Origin: a virus
Taxonomy: Duplodnaviria > Caudoviricetes
Length of the DNA stretch: 26,484 nucleotides
IMG/VR virus record: IMGVR_UViG_3300046167_000298
Coordinates: 1-26,484 of that record
Reading direction: 5' to 3' (one strand)
Of the stretch, positions 6,627 through 15,954 are shown in pieces. Position 1 is the stretch's first letter. Every line of letters begins with the position of its first letter. Made by a program: the position numbers and the translations under genes. The notes below the pieces were generated by a model. It worked only from the letters and a program-made list of their open reading frames with translations, was not told the DNA's origin and did no database searches.

Positions 6627-7080
6627 CTTTTTGACAAAGCACTATTCAAAACTTGTTCGCATCGGTCGACGATGGACGGACAACCCTTCCGACCTTGTAC
6701 ATCACACTTACCTTCGATGCATTGACAAACGCTTTCCCGATGGGGAAAATGACAACCCGCTCGGGTACTTTGTCAAAGCCATGTACACCGAAGCCACACG
6801 AGGAAAATTCAAAGACCTATATCAAGTAACAGATGCTGACCCCAAAGAACAAACCTTCGAAAGCGACTGGACCAAAGCCATCCAACGAGAGCAAATGCAA
6901 CTCATCCTTGACCGCCTCTCCTGGTTTGATAGAACAATCTTCTCTCTATACTTGCAAGGGTGGAACATGGCTGACGTATCTCGACGGTCTGGCGTTGGAG
7001 AATCGACCCTTTATCGCTCACTACACATCACCCGAAAAATTTTAAAAGATGTTCTTCGTAACGGCTCAAAAGAGGACTGA
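6595..7080 (+). CDS. ECF-type RNA polymerase sigma factor (regions 2 and 4)
   Basis: HYSKLVRIGRR…DLVHHTYL (region 2) and LDRLSWFDRTIFSLYLQGWNMADVSRRSGVGESTLYRSLHITRKILK (region 4 HTH). Confidence 0.8.
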   Translation: MNSGSRKGWNSFLTKHYSKLVRIGRRWTDNPSDLVHHTYLRCIDKRFPDGENDNPLGYFVKAMYTEATRGKFKDLYQVTDADPKEQTFESDWTKAIQREQMQLILDRLSWFDRTIFSLYLQGWNMADVSRRSGVGESTLYRSLHITRKILKDVLRNGSKED

Positions 7081-7432
7081 CCGACTTAATATCTGCAAAG
7101 GCTGCGAACACTTCGTCGAGAAGACCAAGAGTTGTGGAGACCTCGTGACAGAAGCCTTCACCGACTCGGAGTTGTGCGGGTGTCATATGCCCACGAAGAC
7201 ACGTCTAAAGGTTGCCTCCTGTCCCCTCGGTAAGTGGGAAGCAGAAATCAAACAAGCAGACCTCGACGCGATCAAGACCTTTCTCAAAACAGAGAACCAA
7301 TTCAGAACAAACGGACAACTGGCGAAGCTATATTCCAAGGTAACAGGAACGAACACCCAAGCAAGCCAATGCAGTTCGTGTAATCGTCGGATGCTCGCAG
7401 AGCTTCAGAAGCTAATAAACGAAACAGAATGA
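7049..7432 (+). CDS. Cys-rich putative Zn-binding protein
   Basis: RLNICKGC…C…CGC.M..KT.L…CPLGKW plus a C-terminal CSSC. Confidence 0.65.
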   Translation: MFFVTAQKRTDRLNICKGCEHFVEKTKSCGDLVTEAFTDSELCGCHMPTKTRLKVASCPLGKWEAEIKQADLDAIKTFLKTENQFRTNGQLAKLYSKVTGTNTQASQCSSCNRRMLAELQKLINETE

Positions 7433-7632
7433 GCTACACAGCAACAGAACGGGAGATCATAGCGGAGAATATCCGCCAATTCCTCAAACAAGACCAAAAA
7501 GAGAAGTTTGAACACCAGCACTTCGGAGGCGATCCCTTCCTCGTGAAGCGGGTTCTTCCTATCACCTCATACGACAAAGAGACCCTGGAGAATATCGCAC
7601 GGGATGTCGAAGGTCGTATCTTGCACCCATGA
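7429..7632 (+). CDS. Hypothetical protein
   Basis: ATGA-coupled on both sides. Confidence 0.6.
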   Translation: MSYTATEREIIAENIRQFLKQDQKEKFEHQHFGGDPFLVKRVLPITSYDKETLENIARDVEGRILHP

Positions 7633-7850
7633 GAAACGCAAGAAAAGCCCTCCTCCATGCGAAGAACTTCCTTCTCATCACGGAGAACGATAAAGCAATT
7701 CGACTCCATGCGGGGGACGATCCCGCCACTTTACTTCTAACCTTAGCCGTCCATAACGATGAATTCAGATACACCCTCGAAGCCGTCCTCGATCAAGCCA
7801 ATGAAACTCTCGGGGATCAAACAAAACCCGACGAACCCTCGGATAATTAA
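7629..7850 (+). CDS. Hypothetical protein
   Basis: ATGA-coupled; 73 aa. Confidence 0.55.
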   Translation: MRNARKALLHAKNFLLITENDKAIRLHAGDDPATLLLTLAVHNDEFRYTLEAVLDQANETLGDQTKPDEPSDN

Positions 7851-8944
7851 AGACGATAAATTCCAGAAGCTCGTAACGAGTATAAAGGAGTTTCCGGAGA
7901 TGCTCGAAGCGCGTCCAATTGTAGTCAACCCGGATATGATTGTCCTCGGTGGTAACATGAGGCTCAAAGGCAGCCAAAGCCGCAGGACTGACCGAGGCAC
8001 CCGTCTATGTCGCTACGTGGGAAGAAAGCAAGGCGAAGGAGTTCATCGTGAAAGATAACGTCGGTTTTGGCGAATGGGATTGGGATATCCTCGCGAACGA
8101 ATGGGACGCAGCAGAACTCGATGAATGGGGTCTCGATGTATGGCAACCCGAAGAAGAAGAAGAGGTCGAAGGATTGACCGACCCCGACGAAGTACCCGAA
8201 GCACCGGAAGAGCCGAAGACGAAACTTGGAGACCTCTATATCTTGGGGGAGCATCGTTTGCTTTGTGGGGACTCGACCAAAGCGGAGGACGTGGAGAAGC
8301 TAATGAACGGAGAGAAGGCGGACATTTTATTAACTGATCCACCTTATAGTTCAGGAGGATTCCAGGAAAGCGGTAAAGGTTCAGGTAGTATCGGGGCTCG
8401 AGGAGGAAAAAAAATTGAAAACGACAATCTTTCAACTCGTGGATATGAGAGATTGATGAATGCGGTATTTACGCAATTTCAAGAAGCGCATTCTATTTTT
8501 GTTTTTTGCGATTGGAAAATGTGGATAACGAATTTTGACTTGTCAGAAGGGAACGGTTATCGTGTTCGAAATATGATTGTTTGGGATAAGATGCAAATGG
8601 GAATGGGGATGCCGTTTCGCAATCAACACGAGCTATGTTTGTTTGGTTCTAAAATAGCCGGAAAAATAGGGGACGGAGCGACCCCGAATGTATTGCAACA
8701 TGCAAGAGATAGAAAAGCAGTACACGCCACACCAAAACCCGTTGAGCTATTAATTCAATTAAGTAATCAAGTAGAATCAAAAAATATTGTCGACCCGTTT
8801 TTGGGAGGGGGTTCGACGCTAATAGCAGCGGAGAAAACAAACCGCAAATGTTACGGCATGGAATTAGACCCGAAATATTGCGACGTAATTGTAAAGCGAT
8901 GGGAGGACTTCACAGGTAAAAAAGCGCAGCTATGGAAGCCGTAA
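7801..8944 (+). CDS. ParB-like N-terminal domain fused to an N6A/N4C DNA methyltransferase (beta class), with one +1 frame break near 7968
   Basis: MKLSGIKQNPTNPRII…PIVVN…VLGGNMRLK joins AAKAAGLTEAPV…KDNVGFGEWDW after removal of one base. Motifs HRLLCGDST, TDPPY, HATPKP and DPFLGGGST. About 380 aa reconstructed. Confidence 0.85.
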
Positions 8945-9276
8945 AAGTGAACAATCGGAACACCAAAAAAGAGCAGATGCTCGAAGCATTGGAGAAGTCG
9001 CTCGGTATTGTTTCCACCGCTTGTAAGATGGTAGATGTAGGACGAACGACCCACTACCAATGGCTCAAGGATGATCCGGAATACAAGAAGGCAGTCGACT
9101 CAATCCAAGACGGCGTTCTCGACTTCGCAGAATCCCACCTCTACAAGCTCGTAAAAGAAGGCAACCCCGCCGCTACTATCTTCTTCCTCAAGACCAAAGG
9201 CAAGAAGCGCGGATATATCGAAAGGCAAGAGATAGAGGTTCAAGAGAAGAAGCCGCTCTCATGGTTGGATGAATAA
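8932..9276 (+). CDS. terS: Terminase small subunit (HTH)
   Basis: LGIVSTACKMVDVGRTTHYQW HTH; ATIFFLKTKGKKRGY motif; directly upstream of TerL. Confidence 0.8.
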   Translation: MEAVKVNNRNTKKEQMLEALEKSLGIVSTACKMVDVGRTTHYQWLKDDPEYKKAVDSIQDGVLDFAESHLYKLVKEGNPAATIFFLKTKGKKRGYIERQEIEVQEKKPLSWLDE

Positions 9277-10424
9277 ACTCCCCGCGACATATTACCACGT
9301 TAAAGAATGCAAGTCGAAGATTCAAATCCACCAGGGCGGGACACGATCCGGGAAGACGTACTCCATCCTCACGGCACTCATTGAGTTGTGTCATAAGAAC
9401 TCGGGGCTTGTTATCACCATATGCCGAAAGACATTCCCAGCACTTCGAGCGACAGCGATGAGAGACTTCTTCGAGATACTTAACAACGAGGATGTCTACA
9501 ACCCCGACCTCCACAACAAGAGCGATGCAACCTATCAACTCTGGGGCAATATGGTTGAGTTCATCAGCATCGACCAACCGCAGAAGGTCAGAGGACGCAA
9601 GCGAGACGTTCTATTTATCAACGAAGCCAACGAGATCAACCTCGAAGATTGGCGGCAACTCCTCCTAAGAACAACGGGGAGGGTTCTTTTAGACTATAAC
9701 CCATCAGACGAATTTCACTGGATCTATGAAGAAGTCATCCCACGAGAAGACGCGGAGTTCTTCCGCACCACGTACAAAGACAACCCGTTCCTCCCTGAAA
9801 GTGTGGTCATGGAGATTGAGCGGTTTAAAACAGCAGACGAGAACTTTTGGAAAGTATACGGTCTCGGTGAACGAGGAACCTCACAAGCAACCATCTTCAC
9901 CCACTGGAAAGAAATAAACCAAATACCCAATGAATTTAAAGCTCCTCAACATCGGATTGGACTTCGGATATACAAACGACCCGACAGCCATCGTCCGAGT
10001 CTATACAGACGGACACGGATTTGCAGTCGACGAACTCTGCTACGCGACAAGACTCACTAATTCGGATATTGCAAAAGTCCTCCGAGATAATCAAGTCGAT
10101 AGATCGGATGTTGTTATCTGTGACTCCGCTGAGCCAAAGAGCATCGACGAGATACACGCTCACGGATTCAATACTCACGGAGCAAGAAAGGGAAAGGATA
10201 GCGTCAAGAACGGAATCCAATTCCTCCATTCGCGACCGCTTCTTGTCACGGCTCGGAGTGTGAACCTCATCCGCGAACTCAGAAACTACAAATGGAAGGA
10301 AGACAAGAACGGGAAGCAACTCAATGAACCTGTCGACTCATTCAACCACGCCATCGACGCGATGAGGTACGCGATCACATTCAACCAAACGAACCCGAAC
10401 TTCGGTTCTTATGCTATTGGATAG
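9269..10424 (+). CDS. terL: Terminase large subunit (PBSX/Terminase_3 type), with one +1 frame break near 9940
   Basis: Walker A GGTRSGKT, Walker B LFINEANE, DYNP, TYKDNPFL; nuclease motifs GLDFGYTNDP, DSAEP and NHAIDAMRY lie in the next frame. About 384 aa reconstructed. Confidence 0.93.
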
Positions 10425-10496
10425 AAAAAACTTTTATCCGTAAACCCCTGTAAACAAAGGGATTAAGAAAAAAAGAACGAAATAAAGCAAAATAAA

Positions 10497-10529
10497 TTTG
10501 GAGATAAAGAAAAGAATTGCGTATCTTTG
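10497..10529 (+). promoter_or_regulatory. Bacteroidota-type promoter (TTTG-N21-TATCTTTG) of the moron-like cassette
   Basis: TTTG 10497-10500 and TATCTTTG 10522-10529 in an AT-rich intergenic region; TAAATTTG 10493-10500 is a second possible -7 box. Confidence 0.7.
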
Positions 10530-10554
10530 AGACATCAAACGAAACAAACACACC

Positions 10555-10794
10555 ATGAACTACTCAATCACACAAACAATCGCACGAGTCAAGGAGACAG
10601 CAACCGGAACAATGGCGAACGGCAACAAGTTTAACTCATGCATCTACTTCAACGGATGCGAGTGGAAAGTTCAACTCACTTACTTTGAAATTGAGTCGGA
10701 CGGATGCATTAACGAAGTGACTGACCCGAACATCTTCACTGGATGGACTAAGGCAGAAGCAAAGGTTGCACTCATGAACGCACTCGCAGCATGA
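10555..10794 (+). CDS. Hypothetical protein in moron-like cassette
   Basis: 79 aa; follows the promoter and an A/C-rich leader. Confidence 0.7.
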   Translation: MNYSITQTIARVKETATGTMANGNKFNSCIYFNGCEWKVQLTYFEIESDGCINEVTDPNIFTGWTKAEAKVALMNALAA

Positions 10795-10865
10795 ACAACG
10801 AGCCCGAATGGTTTCAAGAGGTGCTCGACCGCACCGAACAAACCGAATCCTTCCTCCTGTCTTAA
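10791..10865 (+). CDS. Microprotein (24 aa, MNNEPEWFQEVLDRTEQTESFLLS)
   Basis: ATGA overlap with 10555..10794; stop lies immediately before the terminator. Confidence 0.5.
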   Translation: MNNEPEWFQEVLDRTEQTESFLLS

Positions 10866-10866
10866 C

Positions 10867-10890
10867 AGCCCCTCACGGGGCTTTTTTTTT
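10867..10890 (+). terminator. Rho-independent terminator
   Basis: AGCCCC-TCAC-GGGGCT followed by a long T run. Confidence 0.88.
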
Positions 10891-10917
10891 GCCCTAACTT
10901 TCGGGCTACCCGCACGA

Positions 10918-10955
10918 TTCACGCAAACACGCAAAATTCACGCATTTTTCACGCA
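10918..10955 (+). repeat. Direct repeats (TT)CACGCA x4
   Basis: CACGCA at 10920, 10928, 10939 and 10950 in non-coding DNA. Confidence 0.75.
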
Positions 10956-10967
10956 TTCCATTTTGGA

Positions 10968-10993
10968 TAAGGAAACCAAACAAATCAAGTTAT
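10968..10993 (+). promoter_or_regulatory. Candidate late promoter for the phage sigma factor, TAAGGA-N14-AGTTAT
   Basis: Same bipartite motif as at 19975 and 22647; ATG 10998 follows 5 nt later. Confidence 0.5.
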
Positions 10994-10997
10994 TACA

Positions 10998-11654
10998 ATG
11001 ATGGAACTCAAACTCCCGCACCGATGGTCTGATCTCTCACTCGGAGAACTCCAAGTCATGATGACAGCAGACAACCCCCTCGACAAGATATCTATCTGCT
11101 CGGGGTACTCGGTGGAGAAACTGCGTGCGATGCCTCAGAAGCTAATAGAAGCCGCCTCAGCGCATTTGGACAACCTTCTCACCCAAGAGACCGCACGTCA
11201 CGAGAAAGTCGTTGAGATGGACGGAAAACGCTTTGGCTTTATTCCGAACTGGGATGAGTTCACGGCGGGTGAGTGGATCGACATGGAAAACCACCTCGAA
11301 GACTTTTGGGCAAACGCTCACAAGATTACCGCTCTCCTCTATCGGGAAGTGACCTACGAACTCGGAGACAAATACGAGATAAAGAAGTACACCGCCAAAG
11401 AAGACGCAAGCATCTTCGAAGAGATGCCCGCAGACCTTATCTCGGGGATGCTGCTTTTTTTTTGGACTTCCAGAAATCAACTGCTTCACGATATGCAGTT
11501 CTCTTTGCTGGAGGTGGCGGACAAAGCGATCCAGTCGGCCAAAAATGGGGGTGGTACCATCTCCTCTACTCCCTCGCAGGGGAAGACGTTCTCAAAATGG
11601 ACGCGATTACGGAACTCCCTGTTCAAGTCATCTTCCAGCACCTCAGTTATCTAA
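10998..11654 (+). CDS. Putative tail assembly chaperone (G-type product)
   Basis: LPHRWSDLSLGE…FGFIPNWDEFTAGEWIDME motif; first gene of the tail operon; contains a T9 slippery run at 11455-11463. Confidence 0.6.
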   Translation: MMELKLPHRWSDLSLGELQVMMTADNPLDKISICSGYSVEKLRAMPQKLIEAASAHLDNLLTQETARHEKVVEMDGKRFGFIPNWDEFTAGEWIDMENHLEDFWANAHKITALLYREVTYELGDKYEIKKYTAKEDASIFEEMPADLISGMLLFFWTSRNQLLHDMQFSLLEVADKAIQSAKNGGGTISSTPSQGKTFSKWTRLRNSLFKSSSSTSVI

Positions 11655-11686
11655 AAGACAGAAGCTCACATGATCACGTTCAATAA
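10998..11686 (+). CDS. Putative -1 frameshift product of the tail assembly chaperone (GT-type)
   Basis: The -1 frame after T TTT TTT reads FFLDFQKSTASRYAVLF…QKWGWYHLLYSLAGEDVLKMDAITELPVQVIFQHLSYLKD and overlaps the next start. Confidence 0.6.
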
Positions 11687-14600
11687 CATCGTAGAAAGGT
11701 TTGAAGACTTCGCGACGAGTCACTTCTTCATAAAGTCATTCTCGTTCGGTTCTCCGGATGACGTAGACCTCGCAAAGTTCACCGAGTTCCCCCTCATGCA
11801 TTTGGTGTATACCGGGGCAACCTATGACAGCGGGACGAAGACTTACAATATCGAGGTTTATATCCTTGACGTACCCGCAGACAAGAGCGATAAAGTAGAA
11901 CGACAACGCGAGGTCGTATCCGATGCGGAGCAATGCGCGGAAGACATTATCGCAGATATCCGGATGGGTGGGAATATCTTCACCTTTGCTCAAGATTATG
12001 AGGTTGTAAACGCTACGACAACCCCACTCGAAGAAGAGACGAAGAACGTCCTCTCGGGTGTGCTGCTTGATTTGTCAGTTGCTATCCCTTACGAGTGGGA
12101 CGCTTGCAATGCTCCCATTGATGGGGTAACTCCTGGAGGCGGTGACGAGCCGTCCTACGCGAGACGCGGCTTCTTACGTATGTTGACGCTCGACGGATCA
12201 ACCGATGTCCTCAGCGTTCGCACGATCAAAGTAAACAACGGCACTCTCACCGATGATGGAGAAGGCGTAGTCACTTTAGATACGGGCGGAGTTGATACGC
12301 TCGCAGCTCTCACCGATGTAACTCTCGCGAACCTTGAGAATCACGATGTATTAAAGTACAACAGCGGACAAACGCGGTGGGAGAATGTCGATTGGCTTCT
12401 TATTCTTTACACCGAACTAAAGCAAGGCACAAGCACAGTTCAAAACAACGGAAGCAGAACAGACAGCGCACTCGAGTTAACAGGTCACACAAGCCAAACT
12501 GAAAGCGGGAATTACGGGCGTAGAAATCACGGAGACAAGTCCAGGAGATATCGATCTTATCGTCGCAACGGATGCCGCAGGAGCAACGGCCTACACGGCT
12601 ATCAATATAGACGGTTCGACAACTGCAAACGAGGCAGATATTAATCTATATGGCAAGGTCTACATCCACGATGAAGGGAACGGGACCAAGGCTCGAATGC
12701 GTCTCAATAGCGCAGGCAATGTAAACCTCACCCTTCCCACCTCATCAGGGACGCTCGCACTTACGGGAGACATTCCAAGCGTACCCGTCGATTCGGTGAA
12801 CGGACAGACGGGAGTGGTGGTCTTGGTCACGACAGATATTGACGAGGGGACGAATCTTTACTATACAGAGGCACGGGTTGCAGCGAATGCAGCTGTCGCA
12901 GCTAATACGGCAAAGGTTGGAATAACAACACAACAAGCCGCAGACATAACCGCCTAACAACGCGAAGACAGGCATCACACCCACGCAAGCGAGCGAGATA
13001 ACAGCCAACACCGCGAAAGTCGGAATCACGACCCAACAAGCGGACGATATCACCGCAAACAATGCAAAGGTCGGGATCACTCAAACCCAAGCCGATGACA
13101 TCACAGCGAACAACGCCAAGACAGGAATCACCCCGACTCAAGCGGGAGAGATAACCGCGAACACGGCAAAAGTGGGAGTCATTGCGGGAGGTACTTCGGG
13201 ACAAGCTCTTGTAAAGGCAAGCGGCACGGACTACGACCTCGAATGGGCAGACGCTGCAAGCGGGGTTCAATACCACGAACGCTTTGCCACAGATGCGGAG
13301 ACCTTCCGAAGCGGTGCAACGGATACGGTCGAACTTTACTACACCGCTAAAGCGGACGGGGACGGACTCGCGGAGAGCGCAAGCAGCGACACCCCAACAG
13401 CGGGCAAGGTCATCAAGAGGAAGATATACTACTCAGAGGCTGCGTTCGCAGATCCCGACACGGGCACATGGGTTGAGTTTACACCAGCTCCCGCAGACGA
13501 TGCTTCTTTTGCTACGGTCAAGGCGGCTCTTTTGGAGTATCTCAAAGCGAGGACGGGCGGCACAGTTCCAATCAGCCTCAAGCAAACGTGGGAGGAGGTA
13601 GCGCAAGCTCCAGCCTTTACGGGTCTTTTGAATGAGACGTTACGGAAGCGGAGCAGAGGCGGCGTACTCAACCCGTCGCTTGAATGGGCTATACTCAGGC
13701 GATTGCATGACTATCCGCAGAGCGTCCGATAGCACAACTCAAAGCATCGGATTCGTAGGCGAGGAAATCGATGAATCAGCCATTGAGACCTTTTGCAGTG
13801 GCACTACTTGCACGGTTCAAGTTTGGCGCGACCAGTCAGGCAACGGTAACGATACAACCCAAACAACAAGCGCGAACCAACCTACTATCTACACGGGCGG
13901 AGCCTTGGTAAAAGAGGGTGGGCGTTTGGCGTTGGACTTTGATGGCTCGAATGATAGTTTAACAAGTAGCACACCTCCATTTTCAGGTACTACAAACAGA
14001 ACAAGTTTCACCGTTTCAAAAGCGAACACAGCCACAAGCGATGATATAATATACGGAATCAATTTTTTGTCTGGTCAGGTTGGCACACTGTGGCAATTGA
14101 CCGCAGAAACTCAACTGCGTGTAATGGGTCGCATCGCGTTTAATAACAGCGCCCAAACTATATACAGCCTCGGAACTTTGGTGTTTGACGGGACAACTGT
14201 AAATGATGCAAATTTCTATTTAAACGGTTCAATCACAACACAAGGCACAAGCGCAGGCGCAACGATAAACACCTCCAACAATGATTGGGCAATTGGTAAC
14301 ACTCCAACACAAAACACGTTTTACGACGGAAAACAACAGGAGTTGATTTTTTACGCGAATGCCAAATCAAGCACAGACCAAACGAGCATCGAATCCAACA
14401 TCGGCGATTACTTCACCCAAAACACGCCACTGCTCGACACGTACAGCGGTGCAGCGGCTGCGTATTCATTGAGGCTTTTGGATTCAACGTACACGGGTGA
14501 CGCGGTAGAGGTTTACAACGGGAGCAGCTACGCGGATATAGGGTTTAACGTATTCGGTGAATTGGATACGGTTGCACTCGCAGCGCATTGCGGGAGTAAT

Positions 14601-15197
14601 GACGGGTTTGTATCGAAGTGGTACGACCAATCATCGAACTCGAACGACGCGACGCAAACCACAACGGCGAATATGCCAAAGATTTACGACGGGACTACGG
14701 GCGTGGTGACGGAGAACGGAAAGCCTACGTTAGATTTTCCTGGCAATAACTATAAACTAAATACTCCCAACCTTGGCTTAAATATGAATTCAGTCAGCGC
14801 GTTTACAGTGCTCAGAGGGCCAGCTTCTAGCTGGGATAATGTTTTTGGTGACCTTACTGGTAATTTTCGATTCTATAACACAAGCAATGGAAATACTGGA
14901 TTTTATTACAATACAGTTTTGTATGGCGATGTTGCACGAAGTCAAACACAAAAGGTTGTTAGTATGGTTGCAGGCTCAACGCTTGGAGGATTTAGGGCGT
15001 GGGCAAACAATACGCCACAATTTAATTTAGTCACTTTAGCTAGTGGAAGCATTGACGCTTTTCAAATTGGAACGCTTGCGAGCGGCTCAAGCTTTTCAGA
15101 TTATTTGCAAGAATTAATATTTTATAGTAGCGACCAATCCAGCAACCGCACCAACATCGAGGACAACATCAACACGTTCTACAACATATACTCATGA
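11670..15197 (+). CDS. Large virion protein: tail-terminator-like N-domain, fibre region with 17-aa repeats, and two ConA/GH54-like domains (three +1 frame breaks)
   Basis: Track ORFs 11670, 12697, 13172 and 13632 lie in successive +1 frames and join when single bases are removed near 12483, 12953 and 13640, giving about 1174 aa. Fibre motifs include LAALTDVT, VDSVNGQTGVVVL, DEGTNLYYTEARV and GGTSGQALVKAS.TDYD.EW. Confidence 0.72.
12901..13180 (+). repeat. 51-bp coding tandem repeat (17 aa, AN[T/N]AK[V/T]GITxxQAxxIT), five full units and one partial
   Basis: Units start at 12901, 12952, 13004, 13055, 13106 and 13157; divergence between units is largely synonymous. Confidence 0.9.
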
Positions 15198-15595
15198 ACG
15201 GCTACATAATAGTCCTACCAACGGACACGCAAACAAGCGAGCGCAGAGCGTACCAAATCACGCGCGAACTATACAACATCTCTCGACCCGTTTTGATACA
15301 GGCGGAAGGCGAAGCGGCCTCGACCGTCTTTGGGATTATCGTACACCCTGACGGAGTACAGAACGCTTTGCAAGTGGATACGGATTATCTTATCAACGTA
15401 CATCCAGCGGCAACGCTTGAGAAGTTGGTCGCTTGCTTTCCTGAGCTGTCGAATGATGAACGCTTCTCTCTGTCTGCATTTGTCCAAACCAATTCCAAGT
15501 TCCCGTTCGGTTATATCGTCCCAAGCGATACAACAATTCGATCACAAGAATACATGGAAGAGAATGGCTGGTTCCCTGAAGACCCTGAACTATGA
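15194..15595 (+). CDS. Hypothetical protein (possible fibre-associated protein or chaperone)
   Basis: ATGA-coupled directly after the fibre gene. Confidence 0.65.
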   Translation: MNGYIIVLPTDTQTSERRAYQITRELYNISRPVLIQAEGEAASTVFGIIVHPDGVQNALQVDTDYLINVHPAATLEKLVACFPELSNDERFSLSAFVQTNSKFPFGYIVPSDTTIRSQEYMEENGWFPEDPEL

Positions 15596-15954
15596 AGGCA
15601 ATAAAAATACTCTTTCTCTTTGTGCTCGCGATCGTAGCCATCCCCGTTGGGATCGTGTACTCGTTTGGGGAGTCGCTTTACTTTATTGCATCAGATGTCC
15701 TCAGAAGCATTTGGAGAGCCATATACGACTTCTTTCGGGACGTGTCAATAATTGTATCAGTCACAGCGTCAAAGTTCCTCAATCGGCTTCTGATGGATTC
15801 GGGAGTTCCTTTCGGGAATCATTCCGTTTCCGCTGTCCTGGGAGCCAACCAACGAGAACGAACGCTCACGGGTCTCGGTTTATGGCTGACCTTGTTACTC
15901 GATAGCATCGAGAAGAACCATTGCCGCAAGGCATCCGAACGCGCAGGGATATGA
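15592..15954 (+). CDS. Hypothetical membrane protein
   Basis: N-terminal TM helix; SVSAVLGAN…TLTGLG.WL..LLDSIEKNHC motif. Confidence 0.7.
   Translation: MKAIKILFLFVLAIVAIPVGIVYSFGESLYFIASDVLRSIWRAIYDFFRDVSIIVSVTASKFLNRLLMDSGVPFGNHSVSAVLGANQRERTLTGLGLWLTLLLDSIEKNHCRKASERAGI

Noticed and set aside
12901-13180. CRISPR array or diversity-generating retroelement repeats
   Set aside because: The repeats are contiguous, coding and synonymously diverged, with no spacers; no reverse transcriptase or adenine-specific TR/VR pair was seen.
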